64,000 nucleotides of DNA from Eledone cirrhosa (lineage: Eukaryota): contig OZ024746.1 in the NCBI GenBank assembly GCA_964016885.1, forward strand, positions 682,001 through 746,000, given 5' to 3'. The translations under genes were made by a program, and so were the position numbers. The notes beneath the pieces are model-generated. The model did not search any database and was not told the DNA's origin. It was given only the letters and a program-made list of their open reading frames with translations. Below are positions 37,901-49,747 of this stretch, one piece after another. Within the stretch, counting starts at the first letter, position 1. Each line of letters starts with the position of its first letter.

Positions 37901-40900
37901 TAACATACAGATACTGGAAGTTATGCCAACACTACAAAATACTAACAGGGAGTACATACACTGGAAGTTATGCCAACACTACAAAATACTAACATACATA
38001 CACTGGAAGTTATACCAACACTACAAAATACTAACATACATACACTGGAAGTTATGCCAACACTACAAAATACTAACAGGGAGTACATACACTGGAAGTT
38101 ATGCCAACACTACAAAATACTAACAGGGAATACATACACTGAAAGTTATGCCAACACTACAAAATACTAACATACATACACTGGAAGTTATGCCAACACT
38201 ACAAAACACAAACATACATACACTGGAAGTTATGCCAACACTACAAAATACTAACATACACACACTGGAAGTTATGCCAACACTACAAAATACTAACAGG
38301 GAGTACATACACTGGAAGTTATGCCAACACTACAAAATACTAACATACATACACTGGAAGTTATGCCAACACTACAAAATACTAACATACATACACTGGA
38401 AGTTATGCCAACACTACAAAACACTAACAGGGAGTACATACACTGGAAGTTATGCCAACACTACAAAATACTAACAGGGAGTACATACACTGGAAGTTAT
38501 GCCAACACTACAAAATACTAACATACACACACTGGAAGTTATGCCAACACTACAAAATACTAACAGGGAGTACATACACTGGAAGTTATGCCAACACTAC
38601 AAAATACTAACATACATACACTGGAAGTTATGCCAACACTACAAAATACTAACAGGGAGTACATACACTGGAAGTTATGCCAACACTACAAAATACTAAC
38701 ATACATACACTGGAAGTTATGCCAACACTACAAAATACTAACATACATACACTGGAAGTTATGCCAACACTACAAAACACTAACAGGGAGTACATACACT
38801 GGAAGTTATGCCAACACTACAAAATACTAACATACATACACTGGAAGTTATGCCAACACTACAAAATACTAACATACATACACTGGAAGTTATGCCAACA
38901 CTACAAAATACTAACATACAGACACTGGAAGTTATGCCAACACTACAAAATACTAACATACATACACTGGAAGTTATACCAACACTACAAAATACTAACA
39001 TACAGACACTGGAAGTTATGCCAACACTACAAAATACTAACAGGGAGTACATACACTGGAAGTTATGCCAACACTACAAAATAATAACATACATACACTG
39101 GAAGTTATGCCAACACTACAAAATACTAACATACATACACTGGAAGTTATGCCAACACTACAAAATACTAACAGGGAGTACATACACTGGAAGTTATGCC
39201 AACACTACAAAATACTAACAGGGAATACATACACTGAAAGTTATGCCAACACTACAAAATACTAACAGGGAATACATACACTGGAAGTTATGCCAACACT
39301 ACAAAATACTAACATACATACACTGGAAGTTATGCCAACACTACAAAATACTAACAGGGAATACATACACTGGAAGTTATGCCAACACTACAAAATACTA
39401 ACAGGGAATACATACACTGGAAGTTATGCCAACACTACAAAATACTAACAGGGAATACATACACTGGAAGTTATGCCAACACTACAAAATACTAACAGGG
39501 AATACATACACTGGAAGTTATGCCAACACTACAAAATACTAACAGGGAATACATACACTGGAAGTTATACCAACACTACAAAATACTAACAGGGAATACA
39601 TACACTGGAAGTTATGCCAACACTACAAAATACTAACAGGGAATACATACACTGGAAGTTATGCCAACACTACAAAATACTAACAGGGAATACATACACT
39701 GGAAGTTATGCCAACACTACAAAATACTAACAGGGAATACATACACTGGAAGTTATACCAACACTACAAAATACTAACAGGGAATACATACACTGGAAGT
39801 TATGCCAACACTACAAAATACTAACAGCAAATACATACACTGGAAGTTATGCCAACACTACAAAATACTAACAGGGAATACATACACTGGAAGTTATACC
39901 AACGCTACAAAATACTAACAGGGAATACATACACTGGAAGTTATGCCAACGCTACAAAATACTAACAGGGAATACATACACTGGAAGTTATGCCAACACT
40001 ACAAAATACTAACAGGGAATACATACACTGGAAGTTATGCCAACACTACAAAATACTAACAGGGAATACATACACTGGAAGTTATACCAACACTACAAAA
40101 TACTAAAAGGGAATACATACACTGGAAGTTATGCCAACACTACAAAATACTAACAGCAAATACATACACTGGAAGTTATGCCAGCACTACAAAATACTAA
40201 CAGGGAATACATACACTGGAAGTTATACCAACACTACAAAATACTAACAGGGAATACATACACTGGAAGTTATACCAACACTACAAAATACTAACAGCGA
40301 ATACATACACTGGAAGTTATGCCAACACTACAAAATACTAACAGGGAATACATACACTGGAAGTTATGCCAACACTACAAAATACTAACAGGGAATACAT
40401 ACACTGGAAGTTATGCCAACACTACAAAATACTAACAGGGAATATATACACTGGAAGTTATGCCAACACTACAAAATACTAACAGCGAATACATACACTG
40501 GAAGTTATGCCAACACTACAAAATACTAACAGGGAATACATACACTGGAAGTTATGCCAACACTAGAAAATACTAACAGGGAATACATACACTGGAAGTT
40601 ATGCCAACACTACAAAATACTAACAGGGAATACATACACTGGAAGTTATACCAACACTACAAAATACTAACAGCGAATACATACACTGGAAGTTATACCA
40701 ACACTACAAAATACTAACAGCGAATACATACACTGGAAGTTATGCCAACACTACAAAATACTAACAGGGAATACATACACTGGAAGATATGCCAACACTA
40801 CAAAATACTAACAGGGAATACATACACTGGAAGTTATGCCAACACTACAAAATACTAACAGGGAATACATACACTGGAAGTTATACCAACACTACAAAAT

Positions 40901-42083
40901 ACTAACAGGGAATACATACACTGGAAGTTATACCAACACTACAAAATACTAACAGGGAGTACATACACTGGAAGTTATACCAACACTACAAAATACTAAC
41001 AGGGAATACATACACTGGAAGTTATGCCAACACTACAAAATACTAACAGGGAATACATACACTGGAAGTTATACCAACACTACAAAATACTAACAGGGAG
41101 TACATACACTGGAAGTTATACCAACACTACAAAATACTAACAGGGAGTACATACACTGGAAGTTATACCAACACTACAAAATACTAACAGGGAATACATA
41201 CACTGGAAGTTATGCCAACACTACAAAATACTAACAGGGAATACATACACTGAAAGTTATACCAACACTACAAAATACTAACAGGGAGTACATACACTGG
41301 AAGTTATACCAACACTACAAAATACTAACAGGGAGTACATACACTGGAAGTTATACCAACACTACAAAATACTAACAGGGAATACATACACTGGAAGTTA
41401 TGCCAACACTACAAAATACTAACAGGGAGTACATACACTGGAAGTTATACCAACACTACAAAATACTAACAGGGAGTACATACACTGGAAGTTATACCAA
41501 CACTACAAAATACTAACAGGGAGTACATACACTGGAAGTTATACCAACACTACAAAATACTAACAGGGAGTACATACACTGGAAGTTATACCAACACTAC
41601 AAAATACTAACAGGGAATACATACACTGGAAGTTATGCCAACACTACAAAATACTAACAGGGAGTACATACACTGGAAGTTATACCAACACTACAAAATA
41701 CTAACAGGGAGTACATACACTGGAAGTTATACCAACACTACAAAATACTAACAGCGAATACATACACTGGAAGTTATGCCAACACTACAAAATACTAACA
41801 GGGAGTACATACACTGGAAGTTATACCAACACTACAAAATACTAACAGGGAGTACATACACTGGAAGTTATACCAACACTACAAAATACTAAAAGGGAGT
41901 ACATACACTGGAAGTTATACCAACACTACAAAATACTAACAGGGAGTACATACACTGGAAGTTATACCAACACTACAAAATACTAACAGGGAGTACATAC
42001 ACTGGAAGTTATACCAACACTACAAAATACTAACAGCGAATACATACACTGGAAGTTATGCCAACACTACAAAATACTAACAG
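34943..42083. repeat. Satellite 2: 47-bp unit (aacagggagtacatacactggaagttatgccaacactacaaaatact) mixed with a 42-bp deletion variant, ~7.1 kb
   Basis: Direct inspection. The unit translates as YIHWKLCQHYKILT, the retrotransposon segment following RHD. Confidence 0.97.
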
Positions 42084-42125
42084 AAAAAAGATGGTGGAGA
42101 CACACACCAGAAATGTGACCAAAGT
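42084..42125 (+). mobile_element. Continuation of the RLE retrotransposon right of satellite 2
   Basis: In frame with the last unit: ...HYKILT-EKRWWRHTPE, matching the W(Y/W)xHxPE motif that follows IHWxLC in this family. Confidence 0.75.
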
Positions 42126-42179
42126 AATCTAGTGGAAACTGTGTGAGAAGTGGAGATTTTATGAAGCAGACAATTGGTG

Positions 42180-42400
42180 TGACTCTGAGTTATGCACTCT
42201 ATTGAGTAATGTTACTCCAAAGACCCTTCAGAGGAACCCCATTTCAGCTGCTTGTATTCGTAATCATATTCTTTCAGTCATTACCTAAGATTCATGACTT
42301 TGGCAGGATGAAAAACAAAATTGACCCCAGCAGGATTTGAACTCAGAAGCCATAATGAAATACTAGCAAAGCCTCTTCCCAACACTCTAACTCTTACAAA
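42180..42400 (-). mobile_element. RTE fragment (42180-42300) followed by a SINE remnant (42303-42395)
   Basis: First part is near-identical to 6812-6930. Second part reads aggatgaaaa...ttgaccccagcaggatttgaactcagaa. Confidence 0.6.
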
Positions 42401-42464
42401 ACATGTCATACTTAATAGCTCAACTAACATGTAGAGATGTACATGTACAATATATGACAGTATC

Positions 42465-42612
42465 ATATCTTACTACAATATATACTTGAATATAAGCTGA
42501 CCCTATCATATATTACTACAATATATACCATATATATTTGAATATAAGCTGACCCCTATCATATATTATTACAATATATACCATATATACTTGAATGTAA
42601 GATGACCCCTAT
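42465..42612. repeat. Short ~45-55-bp tandem repeat x ~3
   Basis: tactacaatatatac...ttgaatataagctgaccc repeated. Confidence 0.7.
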
Positions 42613-43776
42613 TTTATGTCTAAAAAAATTGACAAAATTCCAAACCCTGTGTATAAGCCAAGACAGTTAATTAACACAATGTTTAGATGGTGCTGTTTTT
42701 AAATTCTCATGTCTGGAGAAATATATTGATGTAGTTTTAATATTTTGATATTTAAAATGTTTTAAGCGTTGTTTAGAATATAGTTTGTTTCACAACTCCA
42801 TTATGTAATGATTTTTTCATTTTCATCTTAGCTGGAGAAAGAATATGATATTCAAACTAAGAACCTGAGTCCCAAACCTGATTCATTGTGGTAGAAGATT
42901 TGTTATTACCTTATTATCACATTAATAAAACAATATGTTGTTGATTAAATCTCTAAATGTCTGAGATTCACCATCATTTAGTGCCTGTTAGTATGGGTTG
43001 GATTGGTTGTCACAGACCAAGTCAGTACATAATAGGAGCTATTGTCCTCCCAGACTGTCTGGGGGCCACATTTTGCTTACATAAGTTCTGGTTTTGGCAT
43101 GACTTCTACAGGTTGGATGTCCTTCCTATTACCAACTACTTTACAGAGTGTACTGAGTGCAAATTATTATAGAATAACCCTTTCCTTGTACTCTTTAATA
43201 TTTCAATAGTTGATATTTAAGACGAGTTCTTTAACAACACATCTGTTAGTGACCATAGTTTACAGCTTAGTTAAGATGTTAACATATATATATTGGAATA
43301 GTTCCCTGCCATCTTTTTCCATTAATGAATAAAGCTGAAAACTTTTAGATAAAGATGGTATGACATTTATGATATAAATATATTTTCTGAAGTCATTAGT
43401 AAGATAAAAAGCTACTATTAGTAGAAAGAGCTACTATTAGTAGCAAGAAATCTAGGTCACATCAGATCACTACTCAGTATATAGTGTGTTTGTCTTTTGA
43501 TTTATTTCCAATAAAAAGCTAAATTAATTTTATGTCTGTGGAGGAGGAGAAAGGGTTCTGGATATAATATCTTCCAAATGCAGCAGAGAAGTATCATTTA
43601 TTCCCAGTATCAGTAACAATCAATACAGATGTCTCTAGAAGTAATTCTCATTCATCTTTTTGCTATAATTAACTCTAAATAGAATGGATAATAAAAACAC
43701 TGAGCTGAGCTGAGATTTTCACTTGAAAACCATTGATTTATTATTTGTCCTTATACAACTTTGCAATAATTAACTT

Positions 43777-44120
43777 TACTCTCAGGTCCCAAATAATAGA
43801 AGGGGATTGGAATAAGTGTGTGTGTGTGGGGGGATCAGTAATTTGTCTAGGTTGTCTCTGTTGATTTATTTAAAAAACCCAGAATTAGTTGTTTAGTTTA
43901 CATATTGAGACCCTAACCCATCCTATTTATTTTATAACGTGGCATTTCTAGTAATGTACTTTTTTTGTCATGTATGTTTTTTAATGTCTAAAGAAAATTG
44001 CCACAGGAATGCTACTACTTAAAATAAAACTTCGCCAGAGATAGATTAACAAAATTGAATAAGTGGGGGTGAGGGGTGGAATAAGAGCAAGGGTGAGTGG
44101 GTGGGGGAATCTGAGAAATG
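43777..44120. mobile_element. TA-flanked MITE, copy 2 (inverted relative to copies 1 and 3; far end decayed)
   Basis: Starts tactctcaggtcccaaataata. Body is the reverse complement of 50200-50470. Confidence 0.7.
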
Positions 44121-44289
44121 TATAATTTGTCTTTATATAACTTGTGTTTAAAAAAAACAAAAACAGGGAGGTAGATGTAAAGGCCAAACTTGTTATCTTC
44201 TATTCAGTATTTGTAGCAACCCTTAGTCATGAAATTTGGGTAATGACCGAAAGAATATGATTGTGGATACAAGTGGCCAAAATGGATTC

Positions 44290-44455
44290 CTCCAATGTCC
44301 TTCTATTGCTGATACCATCTACCGGTTGCAACTCCTGGCAGAAAGAGCAATATGAAGTAAAGTGTCTTGTTGAAGAACATAACGTATCGCCCAGTCTGGG
44401 AATCAAACCCATAACCTCCTGAGTGCACATCCAATTTTCTAACCACTAAGCCACA

Positions 44456-44458
<3 letters not shown>
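44290..44458 (-). mobile_element. tRNA-derived SINE 5' part
   Basis: Minus strand: tggcttagtggttagaaa...gggtttgattcccagactgggcga...tgttcttcaacaagacacttta. Confidence 0.65.
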
Positions 44459-44501
<43 letters not shown>

Positions 44502-44614
44502 AGGAATGGGGGGACACACATGTGCAGTGGTATTGAAGTAATAATGTTTAGAATGACTATTGGGAGGCGGGAGTTGTGTGAAGATATGACAATCCCCTAG
44601 TATTGGTGATCTAT

Positions 44615-44893
44615 ATGATAAACGCACCCAGTACACTCTGTAAAGTGGTTGGTGATAGGAAGGGCATCCAACCATAGAAATCTTGCCAAACAAAAGAGTC
44701 GCAAGGAATTTCAGTTGAGTCAAAGACATGACAACCTCCCCCTGTGCAGCATCGACTGTATATAAAGCGAGACACATATCCCTGGCCTGCGTGATCAGTA
44801 GCCACCACTTCAGTACTGACCTGGTCTATGTAGACCCATCCAACCCATGCTAGCATGGAAAGTGAACGTTAAGACCACAATGATGATGATGAT
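44615..44893 (+). mobile_element. RTE 3' UTR fragment, plus orientation
   Basis: gcacccagtacactctgtaaagtggttgg..taggaagggcatcca...aacccatgctagcatggaaagtgaacgttaa and a (GAT)n tail. Confidence 0.7.
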
Positions 44894-45159
44894 ACGCACA
44901 CATATCATTGTTTTTCAACCTCCTTCCAATGAGTTATGTGTGTGTGTGTGTACTATCAACTAGCTATTTACTATTGCCATGACAACCATTAAATATTTAC
45001 TGTCATTTCTTAATATCAGAGTAAATGGTTTCATGAATGACCCATTCATGTCATCACTGTAAACACCTAAACAAACTAATCAATATCCCAGTAGTTCAGA
45101 GATTAATTACTAAAGATTTCTCTATACTTATGTCAATATAAAGGAGTTGGATTACAATG

Positions 45160-45572
45160 TTAACCCCCTTACCATATTTCTAATGAAACACACTGCTCAT
45201 AATTTACTTATTATTAAGTTGCCATTTAGAGCATAACAAAGCCCTTATATAAAATTATGATGAAAGGTCTTTAAATAAATATAAACATGTTAACCCTCTC
45301 CTTACCAAATTTCATATTATTAAGCTGGTGTTTGGAGCATAACATAACAAAGGTTCTTTCATAAAGTTATGATGGAAGGTTTTTAGATAAATATAATTAA
45401 CCTTTTCATTACCATATTTCTAATGAAACAGACTGCCTATAATTTTCAATTAATTTTGAAAATCCCAAAGAATTTTAGAGATATTTAGTAATAATATAAC
45501 TAACCTTTTCAACATTAAGCTGGTGTTTGGAGCGTAACTTAAGAAAGGGCAAGTTGGTTTCAAAAGGGTTCA
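45160..45572 (+). mobile_element. Three decayed head-to-tail restarts of the piggyBac-like MITE left end
   Basis: TTAA-CC...TTACCA.ATTTC restarts at 45160, 45290 and 45397, each followed by MITE body sequence. Confidence 0.65.
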
Positions 45573-45636
45573 GGTAAGAGAAAGGGGCATCACTAGAACA
45601 CAAGACTTTTTATACAAGAAGTCGACATCTACTCAA

Positions 45637-45820
45637 CACCATCATCATCTTCATTTTATGTCCATTTTCTTGCTGGCATGGGTTGGACAGATTATCATAG
45701 CTTGAGGTAGGTGGTCATCACCTGCTTATATGAACTATTTTCCATATGGTTTCTACAGTTGGAAGCCCTTCACAGTGCCAACCACTTTACAGAGTGTACT
45801 GGATGCATTTTATTGCAGTA
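45637..45820 (-). mobile_element. RTE 3' UTR fragment
   Basis: (CAT)n, gctggcatgggttggac, caaccactttacagagtgtactgg. Another copy lies at ~42968-43160. Confidence 0.6.
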
Positions 45821-45929
45821 CTTGCTCTCCAGAGCTCAATCATGTCCTCAGCAGGGCTAAAGGGGTCATCTCAAACCCTATTTCTGTTCACAGCTCTAAA
45901 TATATTTTTTGTCGGTTAGTAAAAAATGT

Positions 45930-46160
45930 GGAGGAGGTGCATGGCCTTGTAGTTAGGATGTTGGGCTTATGATTGTTATGTCGTGGGTTTGAATCCTGGG
46001 TTGTGTTCTTCAGCAAAACATTTCATTTCACTTTGCTCCAATATAATCAGCTGAGTACCAGCAATAGCTGGGGGGTTAACCCAGCAATCAACTGGTGTTG
46101 TGTCCAGGGAGGTGTCTTGTACTCTCAGTCGCTTCATGCCGTGAAACCGGGATAAGAACC
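45930..46160 (+). mobile_element. tRNA-derived SINE with conserved central domain
   Basis: A box tggccttgtag, B box ggtttgaatcc, then ttcttcagcaaaacatttc...ggggttaaccc...gtccaggg...tactctcagtcgcttcatgc..gaaaccgggataag. Confidence 0.7.
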
Positions 46161-46669
46161 AGCTTGAGAGAGACTTTAGACAATAAAAAACACTCAATAT
46201 CTAAGATATATTGAAGGGAGAGTTGTGGCCTTTATGCAATTCCCAAGGGCAACTATGTAAAAAATCACTTTTAATTGGAAGGAAATTGGTTAAAAAATAT
46301 TATTAGAGGAATCTTATAAAGGAATCTAAACCCAAAATATTTGAAATTTTATGTTAAGAAAATATTGTGATAAATTGGTAACAATGTTTATACAGAACAC
46401 TTCTAACCCCATGTAGAAATATTTAATATATTTACAGAGGTTTATTGTGAAAATATTCCAAAAAAGATAACATATGGTATTTTATTGAGAAATATATATT
46501 TCTAAAAATAATCATCAAAATCTAAGGAATATTGTTCTTTACAATATAAAGCAGAGTTGGATTATATGGTAGAGAATTAGCTTTCTATCTATATTTGTGA
46601 AGTTAATAATCCACAAGAGTTTACTTTGTTTTACATCCCTCCAACAACAATAAATACTAGTTATATATA

Positions 46670-47612
46670 TCATCATCATCAACGTTTAACGTCCGTGTTC
46701 CACGCTTGCATGGGTTTGGACGGGGGTAGTCCCACTTGAGGCAAGGGTGATTGTCTTGCTCGCATAGGACTGTCTGGCAGGTTTTCTACAGTTGGATGCC
46801 CTTCCTAACACCAACCACATTTACAGTGTGGGTCTGGGAGGTTTTTACCGTGTTGCCTACACGGCCACATTACAGCGTGGACTGTGTGTTTTTTTGTCGT
46901 GACACCTACACGATCTCATTTGTTTCGGCCTGGATGGCGCGGCACCAACATAACTTTACATAGAACGGGGTGGTGTGGATGGGGTGGGGGTGGTGGCGGG
47001 ACGGGGTGTATTTTGTTAGAGATGCCTACTGGCAAGGCGGGTCTTCTCTGTTACTGAGTACCGCCAAAGGTCTCGGTCCAGTGACATTGTCTTGGAGAGG
47101 TGTAAGTGTGTGAGGTCGGAGTTTATCAGCTCATCCCAGGTTTTTCTAGGTCTGCCTATTCCGTGGCTACCGTCTATCTTTATTGCCCTGCACTTTGTTA
47201 TACAGCTATCGACTTTCATGCGCATCACGTGTCCATACCAACGCAGCCTTCTCTCGAGTAAACAACATCTGATCCCTCTTATCTCTAATTTTTTTCTTAG
47301 TTCGTTTATGCTTTGCCGTTCACGTATATTACTGTTACACATCCAGCGGAGCATGCAAGCTTCGTTCCTCTCTAGTCTGCGTATATCCTCTGCACACAAT
47401 GCCCAGGTCTCACTACCATGCAACATTGCTGTTCGTATGCAGGCATCGTACAACCTGCCTTTCATTTTTAGGGAGAACCCTTTAGCAGCTAATAGTGGTA
47501 TAAGCTCTCTGAACTTTTTCCAACCAGTTCTGACTCTAGCTACAGTACTTTCAGAGCACCCTCCCCCACTGCTGATTTTATCGCCCAGGTAACTGAAGCT
47601 GTCCACTATTTC
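46670..47612 (-). mobile_element. 5'-truncated RTE-clade LINE: intact C-terminal reading frame (47016-47606) plus 3' UTR and (GAT)n tail
   Basis: FSYLGD.ISSGGGC...ARVRTGWKKFREL.PLL...KGRLYDAC.R..MLHGSETW...RRLRWYGHVMRM...GRPRKTW...DRDLWR are RTE post-RT motifs. No stops over 196 aa suggests a fairly young insertion. Confidence 0.9.
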
Positions 47613-47615
47613 TAT

Positions 47616-47655
<40 letters not shown>

Positions 47656-47843
47656 AGATAAATCTACCAAAATATACGGTAATGTCCAATCCGTATGAAG
47701 AACTCAATGTAATCCAAATATCATGAAAAGAGAAGATGTATTCAAAAATTTTTTCGATGAAAATCACAGGAAAACAGAGTCAAGATAAATTAATAAAAAT
47801 AACGAATAAAAACAAAGAAACAGTTCCTTATATTAAAAAATTC

Positions 47844-47976
47844 ATCATTTTACAATCGTTTCTAGGATATATATGTGTGTGTTGGTATGTATATCCTATA
47901 GATCTATGTAAAAATTTTACAAATATCAGAGGGAATATACATACCTACACATATATATGCTGTCTTCAGAAATAAT
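47844..47976 (-). ncRNA. Predicted type I hammerhead ribozyme (inverted arm copy)
   Basis: Same fold on the minus strand: attattt CUGAAGA ... GAAAC gatt GUA aaatgat. Confidence 0.7.
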
Positions 47977-48552
47977 TGTTTCTACTTTAGGCACAAGGCC
48001 AGCAATTACCCAGAAATAATGATATTTGTTTATTGAAAAAAACCAACAAAGATTTAATATAATAGGTCCGTTTGGGAACAGGCTTTGAATTGACCTATAG
48101 AAAAGTAGTAAGTGGTCAAGTTGATAGAATAGTAGTAGTAGAAATTTAATTTAGGGGTAGAGGAATGCAGACTTCAGTTTTGAATGGAAAGAATATTTTG
48201 AATGAAAAGATTACTTTGGGGATGAAAAGAGGTCAAGCTGGTGAAAGGTACACGAAAATTTGATGTTATTAAAGAATAATGCTAATGTTAAAATCGAAGG
48301 AGAATAAAATTTTACGATAAATGTGTTAGTGAGAAATACCAATCTTATTTAAAACATAAAGAATTTAGATCTATAAAAAAAAAATTAAATTAATTTAATT
48401 GATAGGTATACTTATAGGGATAAATTTATATTAATTCATATAGATATGATAAATAAGAGTTAGATGTTATTAAAGAATGTTGTTAAAAACAAAGGAAAAA
48501 AATTTGGGGGGGGGGGGGGGATAAATGTATTAGTGAGAAATAACAAACTTAT

Positions 48553-48879
48553 TCATATATAGGAACTACTTCTAACCAATTTAAAGTAAGATTTAATACC
48601 CACAAACACAGTTTTAAAAATGCCGCATTAGCTAATACAACATCCTTGGCTGAAATAATTAATAATTATAGAAAAAAGAATATCGATTATAACCTGACCT
48701 GGAGTGTGCTCAAAAGGGCCACCCCTTATCAAAATGACAGATATGAGTGTAGATTATGTTCCCAGGAACTTTTTTAAATAATGAAATCTAAGGATATCCT
48801 ACTAAATAAGCGACAAGAATTAATTATATCGTGCAATCATAGAATTAGAAAAACTTTCAAATATTATAAACCTAATTAA
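48553..48879 (+). pseudogene. Penelope-type GIY-YIG endonuclease C-terminal fragment
   Basis: SYIGTTSNQFKVRFNTHKHSFKN...TSLAEII...LTWSVLKRATPY...CRLCSQELF*IMK...LLNKRQELIISCNHR carries YIG, FKxRxxxHxxSF, CxLC and LLNKRxEL..C.H motifs of PLE endonucleases. One in-frame stop at 48775-48777. Confidence 0.85.
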
Positions 48880-49614
48880 TATACACTTATATTTTACAAA
48901 TTATTATAATTATTTTTTTAAAATTTAGTTAACCTATAATTAGTATTTTATTACTGAGAACTGCATAATTTTATTTCCCTTTTACAGCTATCTTTTCCTA
49001 AAATTAATACCAATAAGTATACATATAAACTATTTTAATTTCCTGTTATGAATCTTAATTCCTTGTAATCTATATAAGTTTGTTATTTCTCACTAATACA
49101 TTTATCCCCCAAAAAAATGTTTTCCTTTGTTTTTAACAACATTCTTTAATAACATCTAACTCTTATTTATCATATCTATATGAATTAATATAAATTTATC
49201 CCTATAAGTATACCTATCAATTAAATTAATTTAATTTCTTTTTATAGATCTAAATTCCTTATGTTTTTAATAAGATTGGTATTTCTCACTAACACATTTA
49301 TCGTAAAATTTTATTCTCCTTCGATTTTAACATTAGCATTATTCTTTAATAACATCAAATTTTCGTGTACCTTTCACCAGCTTGACCTCTTTTCATCCCC
49401 AAAGTAATCTTTTCATTCAAAATATTCTTTCCATTCAAAACTGAAGTCTGCATTCCTCTACCCCTAAATTAAATTTCTACTACTACTTTTCTATTGGTCA
49501 ATTCAAAACCTGTTCCCAAACGGACCTATTATATTAAATCTTTGTTGGTTTTTTTCAATAAACAAATATCATTATTTCTGGGTAATTACTGGCCTTGTGC
49601 CTAAAGTAGAAACA

Positions 49615-49747
49615 ATTATTTCTGAAGACAGCATATATATGTGTAGGTATGTATATTCCCTCTGATATTTGTAAAATTTTTACATAGATCTATAGGATAT
49701 ACATACCAACACACACATATATATCCTAGAAACAATCGTAAAATGAT
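49615..49747 (+). ncRNA. Predicted type I hammerhead ribozyme (PLE pseudo-LTR, sense copy)
   Basis: Stem I attattt/aaatgat, core CUGAAGA (49622-49628), ~100-nt self-complementary stem II region, GAAAC (49729-49733), 4-nt loop, GUA cleavage triplet (49738-49740). Confidence 0.7.

Noticed and set aside
34861-39265. Many short ORFs with IHWKLCQHYK / MPTLQNTN repeats
   Set aside because: Satellite frames. Only the IHWKLC frame has meaning, as fossil retrotransposon sequence.
47092-47592. 166-aa plus-strand ORF
   Set aside because: Antisense shadow of the RTE reading frame.
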